Of a stretch of DNA of 64,000 nucleotides, positions 1-13,725 are shown piece after piece; the stretch's first letter is position 1; each line of letters opens with the position of its first letter. The notes below the pieces were generated by a model. The model was not told where the DNA came from. It saw only the letters and a list, made by a program, of their open reading frames with translations, and did not search any database. The stretch covers positions 140,106,678 to 140,170,677 of the forward strand of contig NC_068981.1 in the NCBI RefSeq assembly GCF_001194135.2, written 5' to 3'. The translations under genes and the position numbers were made by a program. This DNA comes from Octopus bimaculoides (lineage: Eukaryota).

Positions 1-94
1 CTTTATACATGGAAATCGTCTTTAGTAATCTAAGATATATATATATATTATTTATCTGTGTGTTTGCATATACGTATGTATTTATGTATTTAAT

Positions 95-154
<60 letters not shown>

Positions 155-3019
155 CATATATATCTACACATAGATTGTGTGTGCCCGCGCGTGTTTGTGT
201 GTATGTGTGCGTGCGTGTGTGTGTGCACGCGTGTGCATTAGGAATATGCATGAATACGAGTGCAAAAATATGTGAATTGAAATAGCCTAAACGGAGAAAT
301 TATTCTACCTGTTTACCAATACTTAACGTTTTATGTTCATAAAATTGAAAACTCTTAGATTCTGTGGAGAAGGGGGAAAGATTTGGAGTATTTCCTTCAG
401 TACCTTTACGTTCAAATCCTGCAAAAGTAGATTTCACTTTCCTTAGTAAAAAATAGAATCTCAATTATTAGAATTTATATTATTCCTGTATTCTTCTCGT
501 ACAGTAAGGAAGGCACCTTTAATAGGTGCTTTAGAGAAATTGCTAAACGTAGTAAACGTATTCATTCTCTAATTTCATTTTTCTTGTAGCACCCATTAAT
601 GTATACTGAATATCTGCGAAGAAATAACATGAGCTTCTCTGTTAAATGAGTAACGGGATGTTTTAATTTGGATATTTCCAAATACAAACATTGATAAAAT
701 GCCTTCTCATAGATACATTAAAATAAAATTTCATAGAATACTAATTACAAGTAGCCTAAGTAGCAGAGAACACATTCCATTTTGTTATACCTAAGTGAAC
801 CTAAGCTTCGGATAGACTTCTTAGCTCAAGCATTATTAATTTCCGGTCCTCCATTCATTTGATTTTTCTCACAAAATTGGGACGATGCTGTTGCAAGCAA
901 TACGAATTATGTGACCATCGTTTCCATGAGGCATATATGTCTGGTTAGCAATACTATGCTGCGATCCTTTCCAACAGATATGATATTTCTTACATTGGTC
1001 TCTTATGCCGTATCTATTACGGCCTCAGCGCTTTTAAACTAATTGCTGCATATTCTTCTATTCAAATGAAAATCACCGCCCTCATTTCCTTCAATTATTT
1101 TAAATTCTGCCTCCTTCAGTTTGCTCAATCATTTCTCTCCAGAATTGTTGCAGCCTTTTCATTGGTGAGCGCTTTCCCATCTCTTTCAGCGAACTTCAAT
1201 CTGCAGCTAGTCAGGATGAATATCTATGCCACCGAATTATCCGCTCTCGCTTCGCGCGTTAGTGAATGTAACTAGTACAGACAAAGACTCATCTTTTTGT
1301 CTGCTGAATTAAAGACGACGTAATGTAAATCACAAATAATACTCTCACTTTAAAGTCCATTGGGAAATTAGTAAACAGATTGTCATTTAACACAGCTTTT
1401 GGCCAGGCCTCTGCTAGGAAGAAATATTGATATGTTTTCTAGTAATGTAAGGTAAAATTGCATGTCTTAGTGACTGAACAGATGAAAAGCAGCAATTCAT
1501 GCACGTTTTGCTATGAATGAAATTCAATTGATAGAGAATTTAAACATAAATTTAGAAATTAAATTCTGAACTGGAGAAACTAATCAATGTATATTCTGCG
1601 ATGTCATGATGACATGATTATATGATTAATTGGGAAGATTAGCATCAGTGTTTGCCATAAACTACACCACGCTTGGTTCTGCTACTCAATATGCATGTAA
1701 TTATATCTGGCAGCAAATAAGAGAACCGTGCATAAATATAGAGATGTGAATATAGAAAATACTGACTTACATTCGTTTCTGAAATTCGTTGGGCATTTTA
1801 TATTTCAGTGCACTTTGTTAGTTTTGTCTTAGATATTTTAACATCGATTCTCTTTCGTTTCACTAATTACAAGAAAACTGAAGCTGTTTTGAAGTTAGAT
1901 TAATTTCCGCCTCGTTATGATAACATATCTTCTTTAAATTGTGAAGTATCAACACCATCATTAATTATAGGAGCGATATATTTTATGTTTTGACATTTAA
2001 CACTGAGATGGCTTGCAAATGTTCAAGAGTTTATCTACTGTTTTACTAGATCTCATCATCAATCTAAATTAATATTTCATATATGACAGGAAGGTATCTT
2101 TCCAGAACGCATCCTCCGTAATTAATTATTTAATTAGAAATATTTCCCTTAAATTATAAATTTAATTACTCTAAAAGATTTTTTTGTATACCGATATCAT
2201 TAACAGACATTCATATAGGAATCATGATACACTTTAATGAAATTAGATACTTGAATATAAACTTACTAAAAATGTGTATATAAATCATATGTCCTGAAAT
2301 CTTAAGGATCTTTCAAGCTGACAAATCAGATATAATGAGTATTACACTGTTTCAAACCAATACGAGCAATGCAGCTTTAATCCTGTTCTCCGAAACAAAA
2401 ATTTGAACTAGGTTGCTTTGTAGAAACGGAAAATTTCCTTAGTTAGACAGGTGACTGTGACACTCGAATACATTCTATATACAGTTTTTGTGCTGCTTCT
2501 TTAGTTGAAACTTTCGCTATCGAAAAAAAAAAAAATGACTCATTAGTATAATCTTCCTGATTTATGCTTTATTGGTCGCTTCAATATATTATACACACTG
2601 ATGCCTGCAACTACACGAATACATTACGCAAAAATTATACATATACTCTATTTGGTTGCGATATAGGCTTTAAAACTAAAAGTACGATTATGTTATATAA
2701 AAATGAAAATGCTCCAAATTTACTTTCGTACTCCTTAAGCATAAATAATTATGATGTCTTTCAGAATAATATGTTCTTTACCATCATCATGCGCAATGTG
2801 TGACTGCTGTGTGTTTTCGTTAAGGCAGCAAGGGACAGCTTTGCATCTGCTACTTTACGACGAAATATAGTATTTCTCGATACTATATTTTGGTTTTCTT
2901 TCTTCTTTCCCATTATGCACTATTGACCGTCCCTTAATCTCACTTTCCTCATTCACACCCTCTGTGCAAATGGCCACAACCTACTTAGAATAAATATCTG
3001 TTTATTATACAGGGACGCA

Positions 3020-3245
3020 CCCCACACTGGTCGAAGCATTCCTAGCCACAGTTTGCCAAGTCATCCACACTCTTACTCATTCCTCTCACACCCGTCCCTG
3101 CTCTTATATGTCTGGATAGGTCTGATTCAAATTCTAACTAAACAAATGTCCTTTCATCTATTCCCTAATATTCTTTTACCTTCCGTTTTTCTTATACTTA
3201 TCTATTCCCGGTGTCACACATTCAAGTTTAGTAGCATGACCTCGT
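3020..3245 (-). mobile_element. Degenerate RTE-like LINE 3' fragment
   Basis: Minus-strand translation gives RGHATKLECVTPG..K..GR..IRE*MKG and later TWQTVARNA, loosely like the RTE RT C-terminus (GHV.R...LE..VT.GKI.GKR.RGR...W). Interrupted by stops. Confidence 0.35.
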
Positions 3246-3919
3246 TCTTGACCTCATAGTTTCTCTTCTTTTCTATTCAATTTTCCATTCATATTCCATC
3301 TTTATGCAACTTCTTTTGATGCTTGTGTGCCTTAAATATACAGTTTCTGCTAAAGAATATGTGTTAAGCATTTCTTCCTTCTGATAAGAAGTTTGAACAT
3401 ATTAACGTATAATGTTGTCGCGTTGATATCAATATCAGCTTTTTTACGCGTATTAATGTACTCGTATGCATACCTATTTGCGCAATACACGTTATTGCAT
3501 CAGCCAGCGTCTGGATTTTGAAACAGTTTTTCAACGATTAGTTTTCTTGCCAAATGTGTTTTGTTTAATTAAAATCTGTTATAAATAACTTAATGCCATA
3601 TATAATTACGTGTCAATATTTTGTCTCTTTATTACCTAGTCAAGCTATGCTTTTCTTATTGGCAATTTTTGATGCGTTTGACTATTTTACCGTGAACAGG
3701 ATATTGAATTTTAAGAATCTGGGAAAATACAAATACTATTTCATAGTGCTTATTTACTTTGCCCTTAAAATAGAACCTTTTCAATCCGTATGATTATACA
3801 TATATACACATCAATCCATCCATTCATACACATATACATATATACATACAAAAATACCCTGTTGATGTTGAAATTTCAAGTTAGATCTAGGTTGAAATAA
3901 AACCAAATAAACTAAATAA

Positions 3920-4044
<125 letters not shown>

Positions 4045-5359
4045 TTGTGTTTATATATATGTTTTTATGTCTCACAAATCTCTCTTCGAATGTCTTCCAC
4101 GTCTTAGAATTTCCCGATTTTGTACTTAGTTTCAAGCTTCCAAATTTTCTTCCTACAGTTGTGTATGCAGTGCCTTGTCAAATACTTGTAGTAAGATTCA
4201 AAACTGCACTCTTGTATTTAAATTTTCTGAACCATCAGTACAAAACTCACATTTCGACTGATCTATCTAGACACATATGCCACGCTTGACCTACAATCCA
4301 TAGTTAACTTAGGAGCTCCCTGAACATCTTTAGAAACATAACCGCACTGAGCCAATATGATTCTAAGGGTACGTCTGTAAACTTAAGATGCTTTTGTTAT
4401 TCAAAACATATAAAATTGCCCTCTTAACTTGTATATAGTGCAATTGTAGACTGCCAGATATTTTTCACTTGCAGAAAAACAGGTTTTTTTTATGTCTGGA
4501 TCTATTTATCATAGTGCCAAATTTAAAGAAACATTCTTGACTAATTTTCGTCGTTGAGACGTACATATTTATGTGTGACTATTTCTGCATAGGATGTTTT
4601 GTACATTTTATATCATTTGCATAAGGGTTATATAAAATGAATAATGTTTAGCTTATTCTTTGTTGTTGAATTCAGCATTTGCTATACTTTGAAATTCAAA
4701 TTCAGTTTTATCCGAGATGCAAATTAGCAAGGGTGTATGGCGGTAAAAAAATACTAACATAGGATGTCGTGTATTACCTAAGAACTATCTCCAAAACTGA
4801 CTGTAATAAGATTATTGCACCATTTTTAGAAGTCAAACAAAACCAATATTTCCTTTAGCATATCTCTTGACAAGACACTTACAATTCCCAATGTATGGGG
4901 GAATAACTTGACATAGAACGAAATACTGTTTTTTTTTTTAGTCTTTTTCCTATTTTACATATATGAAGTATAAAACAAACCTAAATGTAACATCTTAACT
5001 TTCCAAAAGCATAAACACATTCAAATAAATAACTTCTTCCTCTTGAGTAAAAAGACATCGGCGTAAACAATTCTATGATCAACACAGACAAAACTAATGT
5101 GCTAAAATATATTTATATGTGATACTAAGAAATAAAAGAAGTGGTTAAATTTTGTTTTGCAAAAGGTATGCAAAACAATGTGTTTGAAAATAAATTCTAC
5201 TCAGTAGTTCAATTTACTTTTCAAGTATCAGTCACCATCGTGAAAAAATACATGAAAGTAACTTTAAACAAAAATACCTTATGACCTTGGTTTAAAAAAA
5301 GTTCGATGAAGACTGGTTTCTCGATTAATAGCTACAACAATGAAGGTATTTCGAAATTC

Positions 5360-5360
5360 C

Positions 5361-5404
<44 letters not shown>

Positions 5405-6176
5405 GTCTGTCTGTCTGTCTGTCTGTATGTATGTATGTCTGTCTGTGTGTCTTTCTGTCTGACTGTCTATTTATCTATATATTTNNNNNNNNNNNNNNNN
5501 NNNNNNNNNNNNNNNNNNNNNNNNNNNNNNNNNNNNNNNNNNNNNNNNNNNNNNNNNNNNNNNNNNNNNNNNNNNNNNNNNNNNNNNNNNNNNNNNNNNN
5601 NNNNNNNNNNNNNNNNNNNNNNNNNNNNNNNNNNNNNNNNNNNNNNNNNNNNNNNNNNNNNNNNNNNNNNNNNNNNNNNNNNNNNNNNNNNNNNNNNNNN
5701 NNNNNNNNNNNNNNNNNNNNNNNNNNNNNNNNNNNNNNNNNNNNNNNNNNNNNNNNNNNNNNNNNNNNNNNNNNNNNNNNNNNNNNNNNNNNNNNNNNNN
5801 NNNNNNNNNNNNNNNNNNNNNNNNNNNNNNNNNNNNNNNNNNNNNNNNNNNNNNNNNNNNNNNNNNNNNNNNNNNNNNNNNNNNNNNNNNNNNNNNNNNN
5901 NNNNNNNNNNNNNNNNNNNNNNNNNNNNNNNNNNNNNNNNNNNNNNNNNNNNNNNNNNNNNNNNNNNNNNNNNNNNNNNNNNNNNNNNNNNNNNNNNNNN
6001 NNNNNNNNNNNNNNNNNNNNNNNNNNNNNNNNNNNNNNNNNNNNNNNNNNNNNNNNNNNNNNNNNNNNNNNNNNNCTTCTTCTTCTTCTTCTTCTTCTTC
6101 TTCTTCTTCTTCTTCTTCTTCTTCTTCTTCTTCTTCTTCTTCTTCTTCTTCTTCTTCTTCTTCTTCTTCTTCTTCA
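5360..6176. repeat. (TATC)n/(TCTG)n array, N-gap 5485-6076, then (TTC)n array
   Basis: Direct reading; explains the poly-X/K/E/L/F pseudo-ORFs at 5306-6337. Confidence 0.95.
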
Positions 6177-6177
6177 T

Positions 6178-6400
6178 GTGGTAAGCTGCCTGAATCGTTA
6201 ACACGCCAGATATGCCTAGTTGCATTTCGATGGTCCTTATGTTCTGACCACAAATTCTGCCAAGGTTGACCTTGACTTTCGACTTTTCGTTGTCGATCAA
6301 ATACATACGTACCAGTTGAGCATTTGGATCGATACAAACGACTTGTGCTTACCTCAAGAAAAAAAATTCAGGTCTTGTACCTATAGTAGAAACGATTTTT
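6178..6400 (+). mobile_element. tRNA-derived SINE, degenerate copy
   Basis: Colinear similarity to the adjacent copy at 6401 (ggtaagctgcctgaatcgttaacacgcc ... gtaccagtt ... agtagaaac). Confidence 0.75.
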
Positions 6401-6614
6401 AAGGCGGTGAGCTGGCAGAATTGTTAGCACGCTGGGCGAAATGTTTAGCAGTATCTTGCTCGTCGCTACGTTCTGAGTTCAAATTCCCCTGAGTTCTAGT
6501 TTACCTTTCATCCTTTCGGGGCCTATAAATTAAGTACCAGTGAAACACTGGGGTCGATGTAATCTATTACTCCCATCTCCCAGACCTTGTGCCTCCAGTA
6601 GAAAACATTATTAT
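6401..6614 (+). mobile_element. tRNA-derived SINE (octopus-type family)
   Basis: AAGGCGGTGAGCTGGCAGAA head with A-box-like segment, B-box-like GTTCAAATTCC, body TTTCATCCTTTCGGGG..TAAATTAAGTACCAG..CTGGGGTCGAT; homologous copies recur at 20891, 36679, 37043 and 59392. Confidence 0.9.
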
Positions 6615-7142
6615 CATTGTTAGTATTCTTATGTTCAGTGCACTTGAAGCTACAACTAATTCCGCTACTGCATTACTGGAAATTATACATATGAAACCAA
6701 AAATATTTTGGGAGGAAATGATTTTATGAATAGTGCTTTTGAATATCTGTCATCTCAGTTCAATTTATTGAGTGAGTCAATATTTCAGAAATTTTATTTG
6801 TGAGGAAATATCGTTTGTCTTTCCTGGAGCATGTGTTTGAAATACCGTATTCTAAAAATAATTCAAGGCAAAAGATACAAAAATCTCGTATCCTCGATGC
6901 AGTTCAATTTCCGATGTATCTCACCTCGCATTTTGTATACGATTTATGCTCAATGAAATATGTATGCTAGCATTCCATGAAATAAAACCATCTTTTTATC
7001 CCTCACCTGAGACTTGTATCGAAAGAGATTCCGTTAATATTCGCATAAAGAGAATAAGAACAGGTTTAAGGCAAAGGAAATTATGTTTCTTTTGGAACAG
7101 CAGATCACGAAGCACATAAATTTATAAATAATCACATGTATA

Positions 7143-7279
7143 TATTGGGTTGTAAAACCCTTTCTGAATAGAAAATGTCGAAGGCCGCTCAAGGTAAAAC
7201 ACCTATTATTTATACAGGAGGCGTATGCTCGTATTCCATGAGGAGCCTTTCTATCCGAAAATGTCTTTTTGACCCAATA
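7143..7279. mobile_element. Possible short Tc1/mariner-type MITE
   Basis: Imperfect roughly 30-bp inverted ends (TATTGGGTTGTAAAACCCTTTCTGAATAGAAA vs reverse complement TATTGGGTCAAAAAGACATTTTCGGATAGAAA), left end preceded by TA. Confidence 0.35.
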
Positions 7280-8989
7280 CATACTTGCTATTATTTATAG
7301 CTTTATGTGCTTCGCGATTCATTCTTCCAAAATTTATTCTTCGAAAGTCTATATATTCTTATGGGGGCAAGAAAATTGCTGGAGTTTGACCTAGATATAA
7401 AACCCAATGTCTTTCAAATCTCACCTTAGTGTCCACTAAGATATAGATTTTAGCACGTTCTAACCAAATGCAAGACGTTTTGACCTGCATGGTACACCCA
7501 TGACCATAATTCGGCTCATGCCGTAGAGTTAGCTAATACTTATTGTCACTAAGTAATATGTTTTTTCAAACAGAAGTACACCATTTAAAGACATCACTCG
7601 AGAAATGTAAGGAAGTACATTTAAATGCTTCCATATTTTCTTTGTTGGAACATTTCAAGCGAAAATAGTGTTTTTTGTTCATAGCATGAGGATAGCAATT
7701 GTTCAATGGAAAATATTTTTCATAAACAAAAAATTTGCGCAAGAAAACTACTTTAGAATAAGAATCTAAAACAACGAATTGAATCGGGGGGAAAAAAGGA
7801 AAAAAATAAAACCCTTGAACATTTCAGTCACTTTATAGTTGAAAAAAAAAATAGTAATTTAAATCTGAATTAGTTTCAACAACATCTATATTAAAAAAAC
7901 ATCCCTAAAATTCAAAGACTGCAATATATATTGGCTTAACCAAGTCATAAAGCCTATCTTCAATAAAAACTGTAATTGAATTTTATTTTCAATCTGCAGC
8001 TGAGAAACGTAATTTGACATTTTCATATTTTAAAGTATATTACGATGAGTGATATTTCAGAAAATGCATTTATTTGTTTCTTTTATGCCTCTCTAAGAGC
8101 TTCTACTTCGTTACGATTTTGAAATTGTATTTATCTACTCTAAGTGAAGTTCCTCTCACAGGTTTTGTTTGGCGGATGAATTAGTACATTGCCTTAATTA
8201 CGGATAGTTTTATACAGTCTGAAGCAGTAGCGATAGAAGTGAAGTTATATTCAGGATGTTGGAGCCTTTACTTTTGTTGAATCTTACAATTCGTACAAGA
8301 GTACACTATGTTATGGAGAGACCTGTCAGTTATAGTGTTTGAATCAATGACATTGCATCTGACCATTGTGCTGACACGAATACTGAGGCTTGATGATTAG
8401 ACCGTCTTCAATCTGGACATTATATATAAGTACTGGATGCATATGTTGACTCGGTTGTTTATTTACATAAGTACATAGAACTTTTATAATACACTTACTG
8501 ATTAATGAACAATATTACGGGATTAATAAATATTTTAGTATGTTTTGTTTTATGCAAATATATATATATCAGTAATCTACTTTACGAATCTATTGATTTC
8601 AATATTATATTTCACCAATATTAACATTATATTTTATATATCCCTGTGTGAAAAGCAAAGGATGGACTAATCATCACAGATACAAAGATATTCAAAAATC
8701 AACCAAAGACAATGTCGTTCTTGTATTCAAGTTTAGATCATCGATGAAATTCAGTATAAACCAAATGTTAACTTGATTATGTCTATCTGTGTGAATGTGT
8801 GTGTACATGTGTTTAAGTATATATATACATAGTTTATATATNNNNNNNNNNNNNNNNNNNNNNNNNNNNNNNNNNNNNNNNNNNNNNNNNNNNNNNNNNN
8901 NNNNNNNNNNNNNNNNNNNNNNNNNNNNNNNNNNNNNNNNNNNNNNNNNNNNNNNNNNNNNNNNNNNNNNNNNTGTAGTGTATATATAC

Positions 8990-9031
<42 letters not shown>

Positions 9032-9043
9032 GTATATGTAGTG

Positions 9044-11849
9044 TTTTTTCAAAAACGCTGGATGTTTTTGTGTCAAACAAGAAATAGGGTAGGAGTTATC
9101 AAGTTACCGTGGATAAGGGGAGACAATTCTGTGAGTTTTGTACTCTTTAATTGGAATGCTGGATTCTTTGTAAACAGGATGCTTATGTGTTCTTAGATTT
9201 AATGAGGTAGGTTAGGAAAAAGAATACGGTCACCGTGGAATCTGCATATTAAGAAGTGTTTGGAATTTTTCAATAAAAGGATTCTCCTTCTTGATTCTTT
9301 CTTTTTTAGATATTCTGTCTTTACATTGATAGAGAGGGAATATAAAAAATCTGGGATTTTTATTTCTAGCGTAAGTATCTATGTGGCCACTGAGTGGAAT
9401 TTGACGGTATTGGGTGAGATTTATCTGTTTTTATGGACTGCTACTCTTCTGCGTAATGCTGCTTGTTTGTCCGATATAATTGTTTTGGCAACCTGCGCAT
9501 GTAAGGAAGTAAATAAGGTTCTCGGGGAACAAGAGAAGTTGGTCTTGATTTTAAACTTTATTCCTTGTTTGAAAGTAAATTCAGAGCCTTCAAGTAAGTA
9601 GAGGCAGGCACCACAGTTTAACTGATGGGGGTAGATGTGATGTGTGTAGTTTGGCATTTGGTAAGAGCTTTTTCAATGATTTGTGTTGCCTTTTGCATTT
9701 AAGGATTTTATGTGTATTGATAATATTGTTCCTTTTCGGGTCCGTGGTCATTAAGGGGAGGATTTTGTATGATTGTGGTGCATGCTTCGATGTTTTGGGG
9801 TTTGTGGGTGGTAATGTATGGAAGTATTTTGAGGTTGGGTGTGTTACTGTGTTGGGTGGTTTTCAGTGTATCTTTGTCGAGTTCCTTGGCACGTTTTATT
9901 CCATAGTCTATGAGTGTGGAGGGATATTGGCGTTGTAATAGTATTTTTTGAGGTCTTGTAGGCATATTTGTCGAGTGGTTAGATCAGAGACAATGGTGAA
10001 AATCCTTTTAGCTAAGTTAAAGGGGATATTTATCTCATTGTGTTTTGGCTGGCATGAGCTGAAGAATAGATATTGTTGTGTGTTTGTAGGTTTCTGGTAG
10101 ATGTCGATTGTCATTTGGTTGTTATGTGTTTTTATAATTAGGAAATCAAGAAAAGGGAGATGATGTTTGCTGAATTTCATAGTTAATTGAATGTTGGGAT
10201 GTATGTTGTTAAGTGTGGTTTTTCATAAGATTCTTTCCATATGATGAAACAATCATCTTAGTATCTTTTCCAGTTTTCCATTAAGTAGATGTGGAAATGG
10301 TGTCGAAATTTCTGGTGTGATATCTCATAAAGGGATAGTTCGAAGAAGCGCATTATGAGGTTCGCAAGGACCGGTGTCGCTTTGGTACCCATCGCGATAC
10401 CACATTATTGACGGTCGCGTGTGTTTTCGAAGAGGAAGTAATTGTTTGTCAGAATGAATTTGAGTGAGTGATTCCATAACGAAGTTCTTACTAATGTGGT
10501 TAGGAAATGCTTCAGGTTGTTTCTCCAACCAGAATTCAATTGCCTCAATACCATATTCATGTGGGATGTTGGTATAGAGGTTGATAACATCAAAGGAAAC
10601 CAAGAATGCCTCCTCGTTGGTTGTTTTCGAGAGCTGCTTGAGCAATTCAAAATCATCTATAATGAAACTTTCGATGTGACTGAGGAAAGGTTTCAAAAGG
10701 ATGTCCAGGAAATTGCTTTAGCGGTGTGTTTCGCAGCAGGTGCCAGCTATAATGGGTCTTAGTTTTGAGTCTTCCAGTTTCTTGATGTTGATGTGGATGT
10801 CAGAGGAGAGTTTTCAGGCTTCGGTGATGGATTTGTTTTTATGGACTTTAGGGAGTTCATAGAAGAGGCTGGGCTTGCATTTGAAATTAGTGATATAATC
10901 CTTTTCTTTTTCCGTGAGCCCTTGGCCGTGTTGGAGTATAAGAGTGGTGAGGTTTTTATGTGTTTTTTGTTGTTTGTAGTTAGTGATTATTTCGTAGAAA
11001 GAGCTGTCGTTTAGTAAGGAGAGTACTTGGTGTTTGTAAAAATCTGTGTCCATAAGGACTACAGTACTACCTTTGTCGGTTTCTTTGATAGTAGGGCTTT
11101 TGTCATGTTGTAGGTCTCTAAGGTTTTTCCATTCTTTGCTACTTGGTTTTTGGTGGGGTAAAGGGGAAATTCTGGATGTAGTTGCAAAAATTACCCAGTG
11201 CTTTTTTTTTCTTCCATTGGACAGTAGGTAGTTGATTTTGTTTTTAACAATTGAATCATCCTCATTGTTGAGGTCTGTAAAAGATTCTGTTAGGCGAAGC
11301 TTTCTGCAAAATTCTGAAATGTCATCCTTGATCTCAGAAAGGTTGGGTGCTCTTGGGGTGGGTTTGAATTTCAAGATTCTGGCTAGGATGTTAATTTGGG
11401 CTGGTGTAAGTGTTCTGGTAGTACGGGTAGGGGTGTTTTTGAGAGGAGATGTTGGAAGGAGATAGGTAGTTGTAGTGCTTGTGTTGGTATGGGATGTGAT
11501 GGTTTAAGGCTTTGTGAGAAATGCAGGGGGTTTGTGGGTGTTTCTAAGGTGCAATGTGTTTAATTTGGAATTTACAGCGTAGTATAATGGGGGAAGAGTT
11601 TAACCATTTGCCTTAAATTTCAGCTTTGTTGCGGTTTCTAATCATGTTCCGGTAGAGAATGTTTTCTGTTGTGTAGTTTCATGGTCCATTAAATCTAAGA
11701 ACAGACATAAGTATCCTGTTTACAAAGAATCCAGCATTCCAATTAAAGAGTACAAAACTCGCAGAAGTGTCTCCCCTTATCCACAGGAACTTGATAACTG
11801 CTACCCCATTTCCTGTTTGACACATAAACATCCAGCGTTTTTGAAAAAA
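9044..11849 (-). mobile_element. Near-full-length Penelope-like retroelement (RT + C-terminal GIY-YIG), inactivated
   Basis: Ordered minus-strand motifs across frameshifted ORFs: LTPAQINIL..KFKPTP..DISEFCRKLRL; IKETDKGSTVVLMD; FYELPKVHK; FLVSFDVINLYTNIPH; GIAMGTKATPVLANLIM; WKRY*DDCFIIW (catalytic YxDD broken by a stop); LPFLD..IYQKPTNTQQYL; CGAC linker; NLIYFLTCAGCQNNYIGQT (GIY-YIG). Ends carry a 161/163-bp inverted repeat. Confidence 0.93.
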
Positions 11850-12134
11850 TCTCTACACAGGAACACAAATCATCCTAACACTTCCAACAAGTTTTTCCAA
11901 GGAAAACTAGTAAGCTTCAAAAGTTTAAAGACACTATGATATATTGGTATATTTATTTATTTTATACATTTATTATTTTTTGAAAAAAAAAAAAACATTT
12001 TTGTCCCTTTTTTTTGAAAATTTGCCATGCAATGAAAGCCCCTTTGAAATCCTTTTTAACCTTCCTTACAGCCATTTATATTAAATTGTGCTTTCATTTT
12101 AGTATTGGATCATATAAGCCCTCGACGGAAAAAA

Positions 12135-12210
12135 TGTCCTTCTCAGCCTGCTGGAAATCGAACCCACACCTCTTGTATTCGTGATAAAGGTGCTACCGAT
12201 AACACGTTTA
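12135..12210 (-). other. tRNA-like SINE head remnant (B-box)
   Basis: Minus strand GGTAGCACC..GAGGTGTGGGTTCGATTTCCAGCAGG contains a B-box-like GGTTCGATTTCC; no complete cloverleaf. Confidence 0.4.
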
Positions 12211-13725
12211 GTATTTTTTTTTATTTGAAGATAAAGAGGAATGTCTGAGAGAAATAGTCTTATGTTTTGGTTAATGGTTTTGGCGTGATAACATTTGATA
12301 TTGTTTACGTAATACTGATTTTTTTCCGTTTTCTTTCTTATNNNNNNNNNNNNNNNNNNNNNNNNNNNNNNNNNNNNNNNNNNNNNNNNNNNNNNNNNNN
12401 NNNNNNNNNNNNNNNNNNNNNNNNNNNNNNNNNNNNNNNNNNNNNNNNNNNNNNNNNNNNNNNNNNNNNNNNNNNNNNNNNNNNNNNNNNNNNNNNNNNN
12501 NNNNNNNNNNNNNNNNNNNNNNNNNNNNNNNNNNNNNNNNNNNNNNNNNNNNNNNNNNNNNNNNNNNNNNNNNNNNNNNNNNNNNNNNNNNNNNNNNNNN
12601 NNNNNNNNNNNNNNNNNNNNNNNNNNNNNNNNNNNNNNNNNNNNNNNNNNNNNNNNNNNNNNNNNNNNNNNNNNNNNNNNNNNNNNNNNNNNNNNNNNNN
12701 NNNNNNNNNNNNNNNNNNNNNNNNNNNNNNNNNNNNNNNNNNNNNNNNNNNNNNNNNNNNNNNNNNNNNNNNNNNNNNNNNNNNNNNNNNNNNNNNNNNN
12801 NNNNNNNNNNNNNNNNNNNNNNNNNNNNNNNNNNNNNNNNNNNNNNNNNNNNNNNNNNNNNNNNNNNNNNNNNNNATATATATATATATATATAATATTT
12901 GGGATAAAAATCTAAATTTGCAGGTAAAAACTCATTTAAACTCAATTTATCAAAAATTAAAATTTAAATTAAGTTTCACAGTATAAAATATATAAATATA
13001 TAGTTTTAGAGAGAGAACCAAAGATCATGAACTCATCCATGAAAATCCGCAGTCACATATAGAAAAATTAATGAGTAAAGGCACAATGAATAAATATAAT
13101 ATAATACAAATAAAAATCATTAAATAATGATAATCAAACGACTACACTTGTTTCATAACCAAGTTTTCAAATACAAAATAAAATATATTCAAATCGATTA
13201 AATCGATCAAAAATCAATTCTATAAAAAAATATAGCTAATCTTAAGGTCAAAATACAATAATAATAATAATAATAATTATAATAAAAAGAATGTATATAT
13301 CAAGCAACAATAAGTAACAAATGAATGTATATAAAAATACTTATTATATTAAGATAGAAAAATATTAAACAATAACGAGGATTTTAGCCATGTGTTGAGA
13401 GGAATTCTTTGGGGTTTCAATAGTTCACATCTAGAAACATAGGTGTTTTGTTCATTGTTTTTAAACAACCTCATTCAGAGACCTTTTGAGCAGGATGGTC
13501 TTCCCGATCTGAAGAAAATTCTAACTAGGCTCTATTTGCAAGGTCATGCGTTGTTTACCTTCACATTAGGTCACCATGTTCACGCACGTGTGGTTGTGAT
13601 GCGTGTGTCTGAGACACCCTTATCAGATGGGTAGTCATAATGTGTATATTGAGCTTCGTATATTTTTACCTCAGTATCACTTTGATGGCATGCTCTCTCA
13701 CTCAAATACGATAATAATAATAACG

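Noticed and set aside
860-1275. ORF 1066-1275 and slightly GC-richer tract as a host exon
   Set aside because: No recognisable motif and stops in neighbouring frames; only a faint resemblance to decayed LINE sequence, too weak to call.
2863-2890. 11-bp hairpin AAATATAGTAT/ATACTATATTT; similar short stems at about 26575 and 55386-55434
   Set aside because: Short, mostly AT-rich stems are plausible by chance in 64 kb of this composition; no supporting context.
5306-6337. Long ORFs of 200-330 aa here and at about 12.3, 24.2, 28.0, 50.7, 52.5, 53.5 and 56.7 kb
   Set aside because: They are open only because N-gaps translate as X and flanking microsatellites lack stops.
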